DNA of 64,000 nt from Eledone cirrhosa (taxonomy: Eukaryota). The notes beneath the pieces were generated by a model. The model was given only the letters and a program-made list of their open reading frames with translations, had not been told where the DNA came from and ran no database searches. The position numbers were made by a program, and so were the translations under genes. The first letter of the stretch is position 1; the number at the start of each line of letters is the position of its first letter. The stretch spans positions 185,256,001-185,320,000 of the forward strand of contig OZ024740.1 in assembly GCA_964016885.1 (NCBI GenBank), written 5' to 3'. Positions 1-15,428 of the stretch are shown here, piece after piece.

Positions 1-56
1 GAGTAAATCCGCATTTGATATTATATGAATGTTAATCTTTGTATAAATATGCAAAT

Positions 57-271
57 ACATACACACACACACTTAAATACATACACACACACACACACAC
101 ACAGACAAACATACATACACACATGCACACATACATACATACATATATGCATATATATAAACATGCATATATATATATGCATATATATATATATATATAT
201 ATATATGCATATATATAATTATGCATATATATATATATGCATATATATATATATATGCATATATATATATA

Positions 272-305
<34 letters not shown>

Positions 306-336
306 TGCTTATATATATATATGCATATATATATAT

Positions 337-377
<41 letters not shown>

Positions 378-379
378 TA

Positions 380-410
<31 letters not shown>

Positions 411-439
411 GCATATCTATATATATATATATATATATA

Positions 440-481
<42 letters not shown>

Positions 482-497
482 CATATATATATATATA

Positions 498-534
<37 letters not shown>

Positions 535-715
535 GTGCATATATATATATGTATGCATATATATGTATATATATATGCATATATATATATATATATATAT
601 ATGCATATATGCATATATATATATATATATGCATATATATATATATATGCATATATATATATATATGCATATATATATATATATATATATATGCATATAT
701 ATATATATATATATA

Positions 716-751
<36 letters not shown>

Positions 752-874
752 TATATATATATAGATACATATATATGCATATATATATATGCATATATAT
801 ATATATATACATATATATGCATATATATATATATGCATATATATATACATATATATGCATATATATATATATGC

Positions 875-907
<33 letters not shown>

Positions 908-1138
908 TATGCATATATATATATATATACATATATATGCATATATATATATATACATATATATGCATATATATATATATGCATATATATATATATATGC
1001 ATATATATATATATATATGCATATATATATATATATATATATGCATATATATGCATATATATATATATATACATATATATGCATATATATATATATATAT
1101 GCATATATATATATATGCATATATATATATATATATAT
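57..1138. repeat. (CA)n then (TA)n microsatellite array with recurrent GC interruptions (tatGCata)
   Basis: Read directly from the sequence; source of the spurious YIYI ORFs. Confidence 0.97.
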
Positions 1139-1284
1139 TTCAGTATACATATGTGGATGTACATTTTTAACTTAATTGTTTAAGCGCCAGTCATACAAAA
1201 GTGAGTTACAAACGAAACGAAATTTAATTTCGTTTCGTTATTTGTTTTTATCGTCTCCGCTGAACCGGTACGTACTCACGCTCT

Positions 1285-1292
1285 ATGCAAAT
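1285..1292 (+). promoter_or_regulatory. Octamer motif ATGCAAAT (candidate snRNA-type distal element) inside retrozyme R1
   Basis: Exact octamer. The same motif with homologous context is present in the diverged R2 copies (34225-34232, 37433-37440, 37857-37864, minus). Function is inferred. Confidence 0.5.
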
Positions 1293-1377
1293 TAGTCTGC
1301 CCACTACTAATTTTCATAGAAAAAGCATATAACGATATGTGCTTTTACGATTCTCTAGAAAGGCCGGAAGATAGGTA

Positions 1378-1422
1378 AATATTGCTGATGAGATGTAACA
1401 ACATCGAAACTAGTCCAATATT
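1378..1422 (+). ncRNA. Minimal type I hammerhead ribozyme (R1)
   Basis: AAUAUUG-CUGAUGA-GAUGU(AACA)ACAUC-GAAA-CUAG-UC-CAAUAUU: perfect core, 7-bp stem I, 5-bp stem II, palindromic CUAG stem III, GUC site. Confidence 0.93.
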
Positions 1423-1825
1423 CCTTGTCTGGCTTTCTGGAGAATAGAGGAAAGGTGTTTCCTCAAAAACCAGTATGACTCTAAAAACCGGTTTGTCTGT
1501 GTGTTTACATACAGAATAGCTGGACACTCACAGTAAAGTGACCAGTGAAAAACTCGGTACATCTACATATGTACACGTATGTGTATTCATATGCATACTA
1601 GTATTTCAGTATACATATGTGGATGTACATTTTTAACTTAATTGTTTAAGCGTCAGTCATACAAAAGTGAGTTACAAACGAAACGAAATTTAATTTCGTT
1701 TCGTTATTTGTTTTTATATATATATATATATACATATATATGCATATATATATGCATACATATATATGCATATATATATATGCATATATATATATATATA
1801 TACATATGCATATATATATATATAT

Positions 1826-3831
1826 AAGAGCAGAATCCCTAGAAATAGAAAAACGCTCATCAGAAAAATTAAGAGAACGAACAAAAAGATCAACAAGCTG
1901 AATTACTGTCTGCAGCAACACATCAACTTGACTGCCATTTCATCACTAGAGATTAAAAAACATAACCTCCAAAACAACATAATGTCCCTCATCAACAATC
2001 AGAGAAGAGCTGAAGAGGCCTGGGCCATTGAGAAGATCAAACTCAATCCCAAAGTGTTCTTTTCATTTGCAAAAAAACACAAAATCACTGGCTCTACTGT
2101 TGGCCCACTAATTGATGAAAATGGCACTCTTCAAGACAATGCTAAAACCATGGGTGAGATACTGCAGAAACAATACTGCTCTGTTTTCAGCAATCCTGAT
2201 ATGGCCGATCTGGGCTGTATCGGCGATGTTACTCCCCATTACACCTTATCGAATATAACGTTTGGCGCCCCTGATGTCTTGGCGGCAATAAAGGAAATCA
2301 AGCATAATTCAGCAGTAGGTCCCGATAGGTTCCCTGCTTGTGTCTTGAAGGTGTCTCAACACCAACTTGCATCTCCTCTTGCCAATCTGTGGCGGAACTC
2401 ACTGGATGCTGGATATGTGCCAGAAAACCTTCTATCCCAGTCTGTTGTCCCAGTTTTCAAAAAGGGAAACAAATCCCTTGCCGTGAATTACCGTCCAATC
2501 TCACTCACCTCTCATATCATTAAGGTATTTGAGAGAGTGGTGAGATCGCGAATGACCCACTTCCTTGAGAGTAACAATATGCTGAACTCCAACCAGCATG
2601 GATTCCGTAATGGAAGGGATTGCCTGACGCAGCTACTGCATCACTTTGATGACATTTTGAGAGCCTTGGGAGAGGGTTCCAACACTGATGTTATCTACCT
2701 TGATTTCAGCAAGGCCTTTGACAGGGTTGATCATAACATTCTACTGAGAAAGCTGTCCAATATTGGTGTCACTGGAAAGCTGCTGCAGTGGATCAAGAGC
2801 TTCCTGTCAAACAGAACCCAACATGTTGTAGTTGAGGGAGTCAAATCCAGCCCAGCCAAAGTCAGTAGTGGGGTCCCACAAGGCACTGTGTTGGGCCCAC
2901 TTCTCTTCATCATCTATATTAATGACATCATTGACATCATCAAACACAGCAACATTAAAATTTTCGCTGATGATTCCAAGCTCCAAAAGGTCATCAATCG
3001 CGTGGATGACCGGATAAGCCTTCAGTCAGACCTACTGGCTGTTACCCAATGGGCGGAAACGAAGACAAATTCGAACTGATCCACTTTGGAAAAGAGGATG
3101 TTCTGAAACTCCCGTACTCCCTTCCCTCCGGGGAAACTCTCGTGGCATCTAACAACATCAGAGACTTGGGAGTAACCGTGGACAGCAACATAAGCTGGAC
3201 CACGCATATAAACAGCAAAGTTGACATGGCCCGCAGAATGTGTTCCTGGATCCTCAGAACCTTCCAGTCGAGAGATTCCCGCACCATTATCCTTCTCTTC
3301 TCTACCTTTGCCCGACCACACCTTGAATACTGTTGTCCACTGTGGTCTCCCCACACGAAACAAAGTATCATGAAACATGAAGCTCCTCAAAGGGCAATCA
3401 CGAAAAAGATAGATGGCATGTCAGACCTTGACTACTGGGGTCGATTAGAAAACCTGAAACTTTACTCACTCCAACGTCGCCGTGAGCGTTATATTATCTG
3501 CATGATGTGTAAAATGTTCCATCATCACTGCCCAAATGATGTTGGCATCGCCTTCAAGATACACCCAAGGCTTGGGCCCCGTGCTATTCGTCCCATTCAA
3601 AAATCTAAATCGCAACTCATAACAACAATACGGCACAATTATTTCACCTCAATCGGTCCTGCTCTCTTCAAAATCACACCAGGACACGTCAAAACAGAAA
3701 CTGACCACACAAAATTCAAGAAGTCTTTGGACAAATTCCTCCAAGTAATACCGGACAAACCACCCACACCCGGATATGTCTCCGCAAACAGTAATTCTCT
3801 TCTCGAATGGGCCATGATGCCCAAATCCTGA
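1826..3831 (+). pseudogene. LINE ORF2 reverse transcriptase, 5' truncated, frameshift near 3060
   Basis: Motifs NYRPISLTS, QHGFR, YLDFSKAFDRVDH, SGVPQGTVLGPLLF and FADD in frame 1766..3079. Continues in frame 3049..3831 (RDLGV, RPHLEYCCPLWSP, LYSLQRRRERY). Confidence 0.9.
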
Positions 3832-3918
3832 ATTGAAAGACTTCGCCAGGTGGTGCTATTAAGTTAGACATGGCCTGGGCCAATACTGGCCAAAACATTT
3901 CAAAGTTATTCAAAGTTA

Positions 3919-3920
<2 letters not shown>
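1826..3920 (+). mobile_element. 5'-truncated CR1-group non-LTR retrotransposon inserted in (TA)n
   Basis: RT ORF followed by a short 3' UTR with hairpin ggccaatactggcc and a tandem tcaaagttat x2 tail; TA on both flanks; no endonuclease domain. Confidence 0.88.
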
Positions 3921-6380
<2,460 letters not shown>

Positions 6381-7439
6381 AATTTATCTCTGTATATCAC
6401 TTAGTGAAATATCACATGCGTAGAGATAAGATCAGTACTTTCACACTCATCTGAATAGACTGAATATTGAATTTGGGTTTAAAATTAATTAAATTGAAAT
6501 AAAAGCTTCATGTTACGATGAAAAGAAATTAACACTGGAAACGTAATGAAATATTCATGTCTTCTACAGTAGTCAGCTAATGAATTATTGATTTAGAAGT
6601 TTACCTACAGATCATAAGGAGCGCATACGTCTTGAAACTTAAATAGGAATCGATAATTTTTGAGCATTTTCTCGAGCCCCTTAAGCAAGATTCTTAAATG
6701 ATAATTGAAATACCGTAAATAATTTTACATAACTGGTTTGACTACAGAAGTATTAGAATGTAAAAGAACATATCATAATTCTGCAAATATAATATATCAA
6801 AATATAAAGATGATTTTCTGGATATTCTTATGTTAATGATGCTAAAGCAAGTATAACTATATATGTGACTGAAAGCTTGTTAGCTCTTTCTCTCGTCACG
6901 AATAATACTTTCTCTAACTATTTCATACCTAACACCTTCTCTTACAGCTACCATCTTTTTGAAGGAATGAAATAGAAAGTTGAGAGAGAGAGATGGTAAA
7001 ATTGCATTCCGGTTTAATACTTCCACATAATAAAGCAAGGTCAATGTACACCGGCTAATTGTGGTCTTCAACAATGAAACGTTTATGTGATTGCTCACAC
7101 TGCTCAAAATAGTACCTAATGTCCCATAGAAAAGTTTTTGTAGAATGTAGTTCTAGGTATAGGAAATGAAGACATGGTTACGGTAGGATCACTATTCATC
7201 ATGGATGTTTTCAGTCAGGGCTTATCTAGGTCTAGCCGTCAACACCCAAGTGTACTGGGAGACATTGAATTGCACACTGCCGATATTACCATTAATGAAT
7301 AACGTGAGAATGTTGACGTTAACGTTGCTATACCTGTTAGTGTGTTACTACTTCTGCTGCAGATATTTATTTCTCTTTATTTCACATATTTGGTTTTTAG
7401 GAAGTCGATTGACAAGATCCAAGAACCCATTTGCTTACT

Positions 7440-7650
7440 GAGCTAGGTGGACCTCATCAAATCGGACCAAGAGAAAAATATTTCAATTAGTCATTCCATT
7501 GTTGTTTCTATCTACCGTTTACAACACCTGGTAGAAAAAGCAATGTAAAATAAGGTCTAGCTCAAAGATATAATGCATCACCCCGGGCCGGGTATCGAAT
7601 TCGCAATCTCACGAATCCAATTATGTAAACACAAATCCACTCGCTTCATT
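7440..7650 (-). mobile_element. Degenerate tRNA-derived SINE-like fragment
   Basis: B-box-like attcgatacccggcccgg on the minus strand near 7585-7602; recognised by resemblance only. Confidence 0.35.
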
Positions 7651-7688
7651 ATAATTAGACACAAAATATAAAAGCACACACACATGTT

Positions 7689-7736
7689 CTTATCTGATGA
7701 TTCTGTGATAAAGAGGCGAAACTCCAGAGCAACAAG
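7689..7736 (+). ncRNA. Degenerate hammerhead-like motif
   Basis: CUUAU-CUGAUGA-...-GAAA-CUC(CA)GAG-CA-ACAAG. Core is present but stem II is weak and the UH site is mutated. Confidence 0.35.
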
Positions 7737-8372
7737 TCTGACTATTTAGCCTTTATGCAATGAATATATATATATATGACTAGCGAGCAGAAAATAATAT
7801 CATCATTAGCAGTAGTATATTACACATCACGCGCACGAATACACACAAGGAGCGGAGAATAAATAAATATTTAAAATTGTATAAAGACAGTTAAGCATTC
7901 AGAGATGGCAACATTTGAATGAAACATACGATAATCAGGATATTTTTGACCATCAGCTTTCTCTTTTATATACCAGTAGTATCAACGTTTCTCATTGTAA
8001 CAACATTAATTTAACAAAAAGTAGTTTTAAAGATCCTCGGGAATTATACATAAAGAGACAAAATGTATAAACGACTAAATAGGATAATTTCTAGATAAAA
8101 ATGTGACATAGATGTCTAAAATGTGGCATTAAAAAACATATGTAATACATAAAATACGCAATTGTAAGATAAGGACTATATATATATATTATATATATAT
8201 ATATATCTGTCTCTAGCTTACATCTCTCCTCTTCGCCACCCTAATCCGAACTCTTGACCTGTCCTTTAAAAAACTTGAGATACACACACACATACATATA
8301 TACAGAAAATTTCCTTCTCCCTAAATATAATTTTGTTGTGTGAAACGACACAACTACCAGTACTACTGCTAC

Positions 8373-8489
<117 letters not shown>

Positions 8490-8992
8490 CAAGATTCCAT
8501 TTTAGACTCAGTATTCTTCTCAACAAGAGAGGTGAACAAACCTACTTCAACTCTTAATTTTAAATATTTAATTTTTAATTATTTTTAATTGTAATATTCA
8601 ACATTTGATAAGATGGATTACACTGATACATCGAAACTGATTATATTTTATATATTTTATATACATTATAAAACTCTTTTTTTTAAATAATTGTTCCTCT
8701 TATTTTTTCAATAATATCACTTTAACGAATCAAAGAAGGAAAACAGATCTTTTAAATATACTTTTCGCGCTATTTCCAATTCCACCCCGAATGCAAACAA
8801 ATAACAAAGCAAACGACACAGTAAAATGAAGAAATATATTATTAGTTTTTATGTACACAAGTATCAGCTTGGGGAAGACCAGTAGAAACATTGTTTACTT
8901 GGTCCGATTTCAGGAATCACAACCTACACGGTAAGCAAGAGGGGACTGAAATCTTGACTCCATTGGTCTTCCCCTTGCTGATTTTAGTGTAC

Positions 8993-9170
8993 GTGGTGGA
9001 TTGACAGTATTGATAGAGAGTCGGATACCATGCTTTCGGCATATAGTTACGTCCCTTTACATATTGAGTTAAAATCCCACCAAGGTGAGCTTTGCCTTTC
9101 GTCCTTACGGGGTCGATAAAATAATGTACTGGGTAATTCCTGGCCTTGTGCGAAAAGTAGAAACAATTAT
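8993..9170 (+). mobile_element. tRNA-derived SINE (same family as the 39909-41185 copies)
   Basis: A/B-box-like head (ttgacagtattg; gagttaaaatccc), central gcctttcgtccttacggggtcgataaaata, tail gtagaaacaatta; similar to six minus-strand copies in this window. Confidence 0.8.
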
Positions 9171-9200
9171 ATGTGTGTACATTATATATATATATATATA

Positions 9201-9251
<51 letters not shown>

Positions 9252-9637
9252 AATGTAATATACACCAGGTTACGGGCAACCATTTGTTTCAGGTTAGTCT
9301 TATCAACTGCGGTGGTAGCAGCTAAGTAGCTTAAACGGCTGCAACCACTGCTGGTAAGGCTAAGGTCAAGACTGAGAGAGAAAGAAGGGCTACAGACAAA
9401 AATGTGAAATTTCCTCCCTAAATATGTATGACAAAACAAATATTTTCCGCATATTCTTATTATTCTTATTAATATGCCATTTAATTGCATTATACACTTT
9501 CGTCGTTGAAAAAGGGTATAAGCTGAAACCGGTACAATTAAATGCGGAAATACCTATTTTGTAAAAAAAAATGTTTTGATGTTATTCTTAGAGAAAATCC
9601 CTTTACCATTTTCTACTGTTTTTTTTTCTTTTTTACT

Positions 9638-9681
<44 letters not shown>

Positions 9682-9989
9682 TTATATATTTACAGAATTC
9701 ATAATTCTGGGGTGCATTCGATTCCACAATCTACCGCGATCAAATCTAATCGTACACTGAGCTGATAGATCACAAAACGCACCTCGCACGTGAATAAATA
9801 TAAAGATGCTATATTTATACTTCGTTTCTTCCCCTTATTAATATTATTAACACTCTGCTTCTTAAGGATATCATCGACAGTGAAATACCAACGTACAATA
9901 CCACATCAGCAACCGGATCCACATTTACATTACATTCTCAAGCTGGTATGCCAATAGTAACTAAACGTTACACGGTGATACACGATTAA

Positions 9990-10265
9990 ACGTAAGGAGT
10001 CCCTTTCAGTTACGAATAACCGTGGGATTTTTCATATAGAAAGTTACTCTCCAAGGCACGAATCTGGGCAAGGTTGTTTGTGAAAAACCAGCAGTCGCCC
10101 ATTGCACATGAGCATCCCCTCTCCACGCCACCAATGTTGTCCAAGGGAAAGGCAACTGCTGATACAGCTTGGTACAGCAACGGGAAAATAAATTATCTTG
10201 GGAATGGGACTCACAACCTCACCATTGGAAGCCTAATGCTTTAACGGTGAGCCACGTGCCTTCAC
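9990..10265 (-). mobile_element. Degenerate tRNA-derived SINE-like element
   Basis: tRNA-like head gcacgtggctcaccgttaaagc...gtgagtcccattcc on the minus strand; GC-richer island. Confidence 0.4.
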
Positions 10266-10460
10266 AATAGACTGCTTATGTGTGTTAGTGCAAATAAGAA
10301 AATCCAATGCATGAGTAGAGAGATGATGAATGCATTAAGCACGAAATACCTGACTTTCGAGTCACAGATACGGTTTAGCAGCTATAATATATATATATAT
10401 ATATATATATAAATGAAAGGTATAGAAAACATTGTAGCGAAAAGCCAACAGTATTCCATA

Positions 10461-10544
<84 letters not shown>

Positions 10545-10885
10545 ATTTTCTTGGTCTACTTTTGCTCTTACGTGTTGTTATTATTTATTTTTTTCAATTC
10601 CTGATTTTGCTTTATTTATGTTTCCATTGGATGGCTGGTTATAGGTGGACCAATGATGTTGTTGAACTCTCACACAGAATGAAAAAATATTTGATGTTCG
10701 CTTTGATCGTGCAGACAATGATATTCAAAGAAACTAATGGAACCCACAGCAATGACCCAAAGACGTAGAATTTCATGCTCCATGGACCGTTTGTATGTCG
10801 GTTGTTATTTCATGGCGTAGAAAAAATAAATAACTACATCTACGCATATACATGCATACACATTCGAATATAAATCTTTCTCTCC

Positions 10886-10951
<66 letters not shown>

Positions 10952-11736
10952 GTGTGTGTGTGTTTATGTATGCATACCCACATATATATACATACATTGT
11001 AGGGTTGTATATGGAAGCATATACGATATGTTTATGCATAATAAACATGCATATATATAAATATAGAAATATGCGTGGTTGGGGTGATGCGGCAAATATG
11101 GTAGTTGTTTTATGTGAAGAAAAATTTTGAATTTATTTCTATTTCATTGAATCACTATTCTCGTGTTTGAAAATAAATCATAGTAACCTTTACTGATAAA
11201 GGTTACTGGGCTTTGTATGACTGGAATAGTTAAAGCGCAAGGTTCAAAATACCTAATGCAAAGATAGAAAGTTGATGGATGCAATCTTACTAGTCGCAGC
11301 ACGCAGAAATATTTAAACTGCACATGCTCACACATACACAGACCACGATGCACGTACGCACACACATACACACTCACACATACTGAGAGAATACTTACAC
11401 AAATGTGTATTGGAGTACAGATATTTATATATTAATGTGCACTTTGATTGCTAATATTTATAAACAAGGTTTATATATATATATAGGATAAAGGATATGT
11501 AGTCGTAGAGGCACCGTCATACGTAGAGTCTAAGACACATTTAGACACAGCGGTGCCCAACCCTCTCCCAATCATATATATATATATATATATAAGTTTG
11601 TGTGTGTAATTATAAGTCCCCATACATATCCACAAATTATCTGAGGTGTTAAAAAATGTTAAAAACAATGGAGTAGTGATCTACACTGTTCATCGGAAGC
11701 GTTGAAATCTATTTCTGAGGTGAGAATATCTGCAAA

Positions 11737-11779
<43 letters not shown>

Positions 11780-12214
11780 TACATATATATATATATACAT
11801 ATATACAAATATACATATATACATATATATATACATATATATATACATATATAAATACATATATACATATACATATACATATATACATGCATATATACAT
11901 ATATATATATATACATACATGCATATATACACATAAATACATACATACATACACATATATACATACATGTATATGTGTGCATATATATATATATATATAT
12001 GCACACGCATATATTCATCTTTGTTTGTGTGTATATGTTTATGTAACTATTAATGCGTCTACACGACTTTATGCCCACACGCACTCATTTCATATATATA
12101 TATATTTATATATATATATGCACACATATACATGTATGTATATATGTGTATGTATGTATGTATTTATGTGTATATATGCATGTATGTATATATATATATA
12201 TGTATATATGCATG

Positions 12215-12253
<39 letters not shown>

Positions 12254-12647
12254 GCATGTATATATACATATATATATGTATATATGCATGTATGTATATA
12301 TATATATATACGTATATATGCATGTATGTATGTATATACATACACACATATATATATATATATGTATGTATATATATATATATATACACACACAATAGCC
12401 AGCAGCGTACACAGAAGCACATATATATTGATATACAAATAGATACATAGATATGTTGGTGTTTGTTTCTTTTGAAGAAAGAATTATAAAAAAAAGTGCT
12501 GTTCGCTGGTCTTGCTGCTTGAACGATTATTTTCAGCTCGGATTTAAATAAAACTAAAAACATACAAAAACGAAGATAAGAGAAATGGTTTGAACATTTG
12601 AAAACAAATTCTCCAGAGAATTTCTGCCTACACATCACTCTTCAGCA

Positions 12648-12718
12648 TCAACAATATCGCTTCTTTCCATACATCAAATTCTTCATTTCCCCAAAGAAAT
12701 ATTGTATCAGATTGCTTT
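12648..12718 (-). CDS. Candidate terminal coding exon of an unidentified host gene
   Basis: Acceptor tctgtttcAG; in phase with the 12886-12964 exon, giving ESNLIQYFFGEMKNLMYGKKRYC*. No homology recognised. Confidence 0.3.
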
Positions 12719-12885
12719 CTGAAACAGAATCATTACTCAAACTTATTTCGCAGTTATTCGTGTATTTTTCGTTTTATTTTGAAATTGGGACTGAGATTTC
12801 AAGCAAATTTATTATGTTTTATTTTCCTCTCTTTCTGCATTATCTTGCTTCGGGTGCCGTAAGCCTAAATATTCTCTTCACTTAC

Positions 12886-12964
12886 CAACCAAGTATACTG
12901 TAGTTTCTCTGCTACCCAGTGGATGTGACGGTGCAAAATCGCATACCGATAGCTCCCAGCTTAA
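12886..12964 (-). CDS. Candidate internal coding exon (79 nt) of an unidentified host gene
   Basis: Acceptor atctcttttAG, donor TTG/GTAAGT, only one open frame: LSWELSVCDFAPSHPLGSRETTVYLV. Confidence 0.38.
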
Positions 12965-13141
12965 CTAAAAGAGATTTCGATAATCATTAACATTATTAAT
13001 TTATGATCATTATTATTATTATTGTTGTTGTTAATATTTTATATTTTAATGCTTTATATTTTCCTAGTCGTTATAATTGGTAAGATGGTTTCATAATAAT
13101 GTAAAACGCCACAGTTTGATATCATCTCTCTCTCTCTCTCT

Positions 13142-13201
<60 letters not shown>

Positions 13202-13266
13202 TATATATATAAATATATATAAATATAAATATATAAATATAATTATATAAATATATATATATAAAT

Positions 13267-13325
<59 letters not shown>

Positions 13326-13329
<4 letters not shown>

Positions 13330-13508
13330 GTATATCCCGGGTTCAGTCGTGGGTAACCACATTAAGTAGGGTACTCAATACTTAGAGTATAAATATTTAA
13401 TATATAAATGGCTTCTACAGGACTAGAAATGTTTCATTCGGGAGAAATCATCAGGAAGCACTGTTGATTTCTCCTGAATGAAACAGTTCTAGTCCTTTAG
13501 AAGCCATA
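13326..13508 (-). mobile_element. Solo PLE terminal-repeat fragment, family A, with fold-back end
   Basis: ~50-bp inverted arms at 13408-13454 and 13461-13507, each containing hammerhead sequence; ACUC/GAGU hairpin at 13371-13389; TA flanks. Confidence 0.72.
13411..13459 (-). ncRNA. Type I hammerhead (family A); mutated, 5'-clipped inverted copy at 13461-13504 (+)
   Basis: GCUUC-CUGAUGA-UUUC(UCCC)GAAU-GAAA-CA..UG-UA-GAAGC. Confidence 0.78.
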
Positions 13509-13520
13509 TATATATATATA

Positions 13521-13893
13521 TTATACTTTGGGAGGGTCAGGTTGCCAATGAGAAACACACGCACCAGTTATTTTCACTTCAATTTATCATAAATTTAGGA
13601 ATTTATAAATTTCCGGTTGGTTGGTTGGTTACACAACCAGACGATTGTTAATATATTGTCAAAGTTCTTTCGTCACACATTATGTGACCTCTTCAGAGGC
13701 ACAAATAAAATAATCCCCAGTCACAGAAGAGGTCACAGAATGTGTGACGAAAGAACTTTGACAATATATAAAAAATCATCTGGTTGTGGAACCAACCAGC
13801 CAACCGGAAATTTATAAATTCCTAAATTTATAATTTTAATTCATAATAAATTGAAGTGAAAGCAACTGGTGCGTGTGTTTCTTATTGGCAACA
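13521..13893 (-). mobile_element. Solo PLE terminal-repeat fragment, family B, inverted pair
   Basis: Inverted arms ~13541-13696 and ~13724-13892. Decayed hammerheads at 13657-13700 (-) and 13719-13763 (+). Homologous to the 14631 and 18377 copies. Confidence 0.75.
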
Positions 13894-13934
13894 ATATATC
13901 TATATATCTATATATATATCTATATATATAAATA

Positions 13935-13997
<63 letters not shown>

Positions 13998-14002
<5 letters not shown>

Positions 14003-14240
14003 GAGAGAAGAAACATTTAGATATAATTAGTAATAAATTGTATCATACCTAAACTGCTCCTAAATTTTTTTTTTTTTATTACTAATTATATCTAAATGTT
14101 TCTTCTCTCTTCATAATGTATTTTTTACTCTGATACTGGTTCAGTCTAGTTCAACTGAATTGGTCTGTCCCAGTCATTCATTGAGCAACATCGGTGAAGT
14201 TGGCACCCTTAACTCACAGTTGGGTGCGGATGCATTCATG
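13998..14240 (+). mobile_element. TA-embedded fragment, family C, with ~41-bp 5' inverted arm
   Basis: tatgaagagagaagaaacatttagatataattagtaataaa and its reverse complement ending at ~14115; extended ACUC-UGA...UCA-UU-GAGC hairpin at 14127-14186. Confidence 0.55.
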
Positions 14241-14305
14241 TATATATGTGTGTGTGCGCATGTATCTGTGTGTTTCTAAATATATTATATATATATATAT
14301 ATATT

Positions 14306-14556
14306 TATAGTATTAATTATACTATTAATAGTTATGTAAATACAAAAACCTTATGCAGTTATATGTATTTTTTATACAAACCCTAAATAGTGGTAGGCAG
14401 TAATGTATTAACTACCTTATTACCAGTAAGTTAAGTAGCTCAATGTAAACACATCAGATGATTTACAGAGCAGTTATATGAAATATAAGAATCAAAGAAC
14501 TGTTCAAAACAGCACAATAATGTTTTGAACAGTTCTTTGATTCTTATATTTCATAT
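14306..14556 (-). mobile_element. Solo fragment of the PLE2 terminal repeat with inverted arm
   Basis: 14306-14511 matches 50971-51171; 14511-14555 matches 52289-52334 in the opposite orientation. Confidence 0.9.
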
Positions 14557-14595
14557 ATATTTATATATATATTTATATATATATTTACATATATA

Positions 14596-14630
<35 letters not shown>

Positions 14631-14634
<4 letters not shown>

Positions 14635-14915
14635 ATACTTTGGGAGGGTTATGTTGCCAATAAGAAACACACGCACCAGTTGCTTTCACTTCAATTTATT
14701 ATATATTTATAAATTTATAAATTTACAAATCTACAAATTTATAAATTTCTGGTTGGTTGGTTGGTACCACAACCAGATAGTTGTTTATATATAGTCATAG
14801 TCCTTTTGTCACACACTCTGTGACCTCTTCAGTGACTGGGGATTCCTTTCTTTGTTTCTGTGCCTTTCCTTTCTTCTGTCCTACGCCATTTTCAAAATGG
14901 CGTAGGACAGAAGAT
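14631..14915 (-). mobile_element. Family B copy with terminal hairpin; hammerhead at 14793-14837 has a mutated GAAA
   Basis: Homology to the 13521 and 18377 copies; ends in tcttctgtcctacgccattt/aaatggcgtaggacagaaga fold-back. Confidence 0.78.
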
Positions 14916-14934
14916 ATATTTATATATATATATT

Positions 14935-15158
<224 letters not shown>

Positions 15159-15428
15159 TATATATATATATATTTATATATATACATATCGTAACTCATA
15201 ACAACAATACGGCACAATTATACCCATTTGGTCTACATATGTTCTTATATTTAATATAGAAGTTTATCTAGTGTAACATTTATTTGATATATTTGGAGCA
15301 TCAACTTTTAGGGTAGTTTAATTTTTCATGAAGAATGTTTAAAATAAAAATAAAAAGAAGAATAAAAAGAAGAAATCGAAAGATTTATCGGCTAGTTTCA
15401 TAAATAATTACAAATCAAACTAAATATA

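Larger units (their letters stand above)
1136..1716 (+). mobile_element. Non-coding retrozyme-like element, family R1 (466-bp monomer plus ~115-bp terminal direct repeat)
   Basis: cagtatacatatgtgg...tttgtttttat occurs at 1141 and again at 1607. Internal octamer at 1285-1292, hammerhead at 1378-1422, (TA)n on both sides, no ORF. Confidence 0.8.

Noticed and set aside
9503-9540. UUGAAAA..GAAACCGGUA hammerhead-like string
   Set aside because: Stems I and II do not pair convincingly.
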